64,000 nt of DNA from the NCBI RefSeq assembly GCF_001194135.2, contig NC_068987.1, positions 8,789,670 to 8,853,669 of the forward strand, read 5' to 3'. Every line of letters begins with the position of its first letter. Within the stretch, counting starts at the first letter, position 1. Position numbers and translations under genes: made by a program. A model generated the notes under the pieces. It had not been told where the DNA came from. It did no database searches and worked only from the letters and a program-made list of their open reading frames with translations. Source of the DNA: Octopus bimaculoides (taxonomy: Eukaryota). Positions 61,661-64,000 of the stretch are shown in pieces.

Positions 61661-62357
61661 GAATAAAAGAATAGAATAGATAATTAATGGGTTAAATGAG
61701 GTACTGAAGAAAGAGCAATAACTCCTGAAATATGCATATACACCCATTACATTATTTTTTTTATCTTCAATTGCATTGTTTACATAAATGTATTCATATA
61801 CAAAATGTTGTAACTTTCAGTGCTAGCTCTAAATTCTATAGAAAATCTATAGAGAAACGCTTAAAAAATAAATATACAGAATTAACAGTTGATTACTACT
61901 CCATGCTAAGGCACCACACACCTGTTTGAATAGCAAGTGTGTATCAGTATTCTTACATTTTATTAGATATTAAAACTCTATATAGTTTGGAGAGAGAGAA
62001 TATTGGTGTGAAGAAAGTAAATTTACAGTATTCCAGAATCTTACCATATCTAACTGGGTGTTCATCACAAAAGTCGAACTGAATTTGTTCTTAGAAACTA
62101 ATGCTTAAAACACTATAGTGAAAAATACAATTACAAAGCTAAATATTGTGTCAACAGACATTCAGTAACACCTCTTTCACGTCAGACAATCAGATGAAGT
62201 GGAAGATAAAAGTTTCACGAACTATCTTTCCATGAGTAGCAAGCTATACAACAAAAGCTGGTTTCATAACTATCCCGAGATAGAGATGTGTTATTTGCAG
62301 AAATATTGTTTACAAAATGTAATAGTCTAGGAAAAATAATATCAATAATGATAATAA

Positions 62358-62397
<40 letters not shown>

Positions 62398-62398
<1 letters not shown>

Positions 62399-62645
62399 CT
62401 ATCATAGTAGGTGCCTTAGGTATAATAAAAAAATATTCAGACAAATACATAACAAAAACACCAGGACTTACAAATATATATAACATACAGAAAATTGCAC
62501 TACTGGGTACTGCACACATTCTACGCAAAACACTTTCAATACAGTAAACATAAGAGCACCACAGCAAACCACAGCACATACCCAAGGCGCACAGAGCTGC
62601 GCTCGGTAGTGAAGTGAAAGCACGTTATAAAAATAAAACTACTGA
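62398..62645 (+). mobile_element. R4/Dong 3' fragment inside (AAT)n
   Basis: Uninterrupted TIIVGALGIIKKYSDKYITKTPGLTNIYNIQKIALLGTAHILRKTLSIQ* plus the same 3' UTR; (AAT)n on both sides. Confidence 0.88.
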
Positions 62646-64000
62646 ATAATAATAATAATAATAATATAATAAAAACTGTCCTACAACAACAGCAAAAACT
62701 ACAGCAAACCCTTCTTGCCCCAGCCTGTTGAGTGGTTGATATTTTACGATTGGATGAAAGTGTTTCACTTCAAAGAAATAACAGTGAAGAGAAGCCGAAA
62801 TGTATGCAAGTGTGTGCTTAAATAGCTGGAAATAGCTGCTTTCTAATCAGATGATTAGAGAGAGAGTTGTTTGTTGTATTAAGTCAAATGTGAGATGTCT
62901 TAAAAATCAAAACAATTTTTGTATCTGAGCTTCCCACCATTACTTGCTAACCTACAATACTGCAAAGGAAGCCTCACCCACACATCACAATTTAAAGGGA
63001 ATGGTATGACAGGCGCATAGTGGTAAAGTTTTCATCCTTAGATCAGAACAAAAATATTTAATTTTCAACTAAGCTGGTTTATAAAATATTGGTTTCAAAT
63101 TTTGGCACAAGGCCAGCAATTTCGGGGGAAAGGGTAAGTTGATTACAGTGACCCAGCGCTCATCTGGTACTTATTTTTTTTCCATCCTGAAAGAATAAAA
63201 GATAACCTCAGTAGAATTTGAATTCCATATGTAAAGACGGACAAAATACTATTAAGCCTGATAAAACAAGTACCAGTCACATATTGGGACCGATGTAATC
63301 AACTTCTCTGTCAAAAACCATTATTATACACCATATTGACTAACAAAATTCACAAAATCTACTTTTTCGCAACTTGTACAAATACCTAACACGAATCAGT
63401 AATATCGAGTAACGATACATTGTTATTTTTTGATTTTCATAAAGACATTAATATTACTCAGTAATTATGCAAGAGAGTATCAATTTAAGAAACCAAATAA
63501 AATATCATTTAAACATTGTAACGAGATCAGAGAAAAACAGAAATATTCACAAACTAAAATGTCAAATATTTGCAGTATTTCTATAATTTATTATCTTATG
63601 TATAACATAAAAGAAATATAATATGTAATAAAAAGCTCCACGGCTATCAGCTAAAATATCTGACCTTTCAAATTATATATGCTAAAAGCTTCGTTATATA
63701 TTACACGCAAATCTCATTTTTAATTTTTATGTTATAATATAAAATTATTTAATAGACATTTTAATAATAAATTATTTAAAAACTAAAACATTCATTTATG
63801 TTACTTTTTTTTTTATTTGTTCCAGTCATTGCTCTGCGGCCATGCTGGGGCACCTCCTTGAAGGGCTTAGTTGAACAAATTAACTCTGGTACTTATTTTT
63901 AAAGTCTGAAACTTATTCTATCAGTTTCTTTTGCTGAACTAAGTTATGAGGATATAAACAAACCAACACTGGCTATCAAACAGCGGTGCGGGGGGGGGGG

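Overview
AT-rich, repeat-dense eukaryotic genomic DNA from a gapped short-read-type assembly (N runs at 7437-7446, 14095-14178, 16382-16512, 56656-57631). The SINE and microsatellite landscape looks like an octopod cephalopod; this is an inference from recognising the repeat families. Most of the window appears to be intron of a minus-strand liprin-beta (PPFIBP-type) gene, of which one 192-bp internal coiled-coil exon (19301-19492, phase 0/0, canonical splice sites) is firmly recognisable. I did not find the expected next exon (ELLSRTSLETQK-like) to its left. Several weaker minus-strand exon candidates exist: three ATG-plus-GTAAGT phase-0 first-exon candidates and an orphan coding-like ORF near 3041-3320 with FN3-like resemblance. 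The rest is a layered transposon record: at least four tRNA-headed SINE families with swapped 3' tails, RTE, R4/Dong, HERO-like and Penelope fragments, Tigger and hAT transposase fossils, and piggyBac and Tc1/mariner MITEs, several with readable target-site duplications (TSDs) and nested insertions. The most notable oddities are a hammerhead-like motif in a Penelope end, two identical (AAT)n-embedded Dong 3' ends 60 kb apart, a long near-perfect hairpin at 58133-58198, and a 13-bp palindrome in a repeat-poor promoter-like island. Nearly all ORFs in the supplied track are microsatellite or repeat artefacts. Repeat boundaries are read by eye and are approximate unless a TSD or terminal inverted repeat (TIR) is given.
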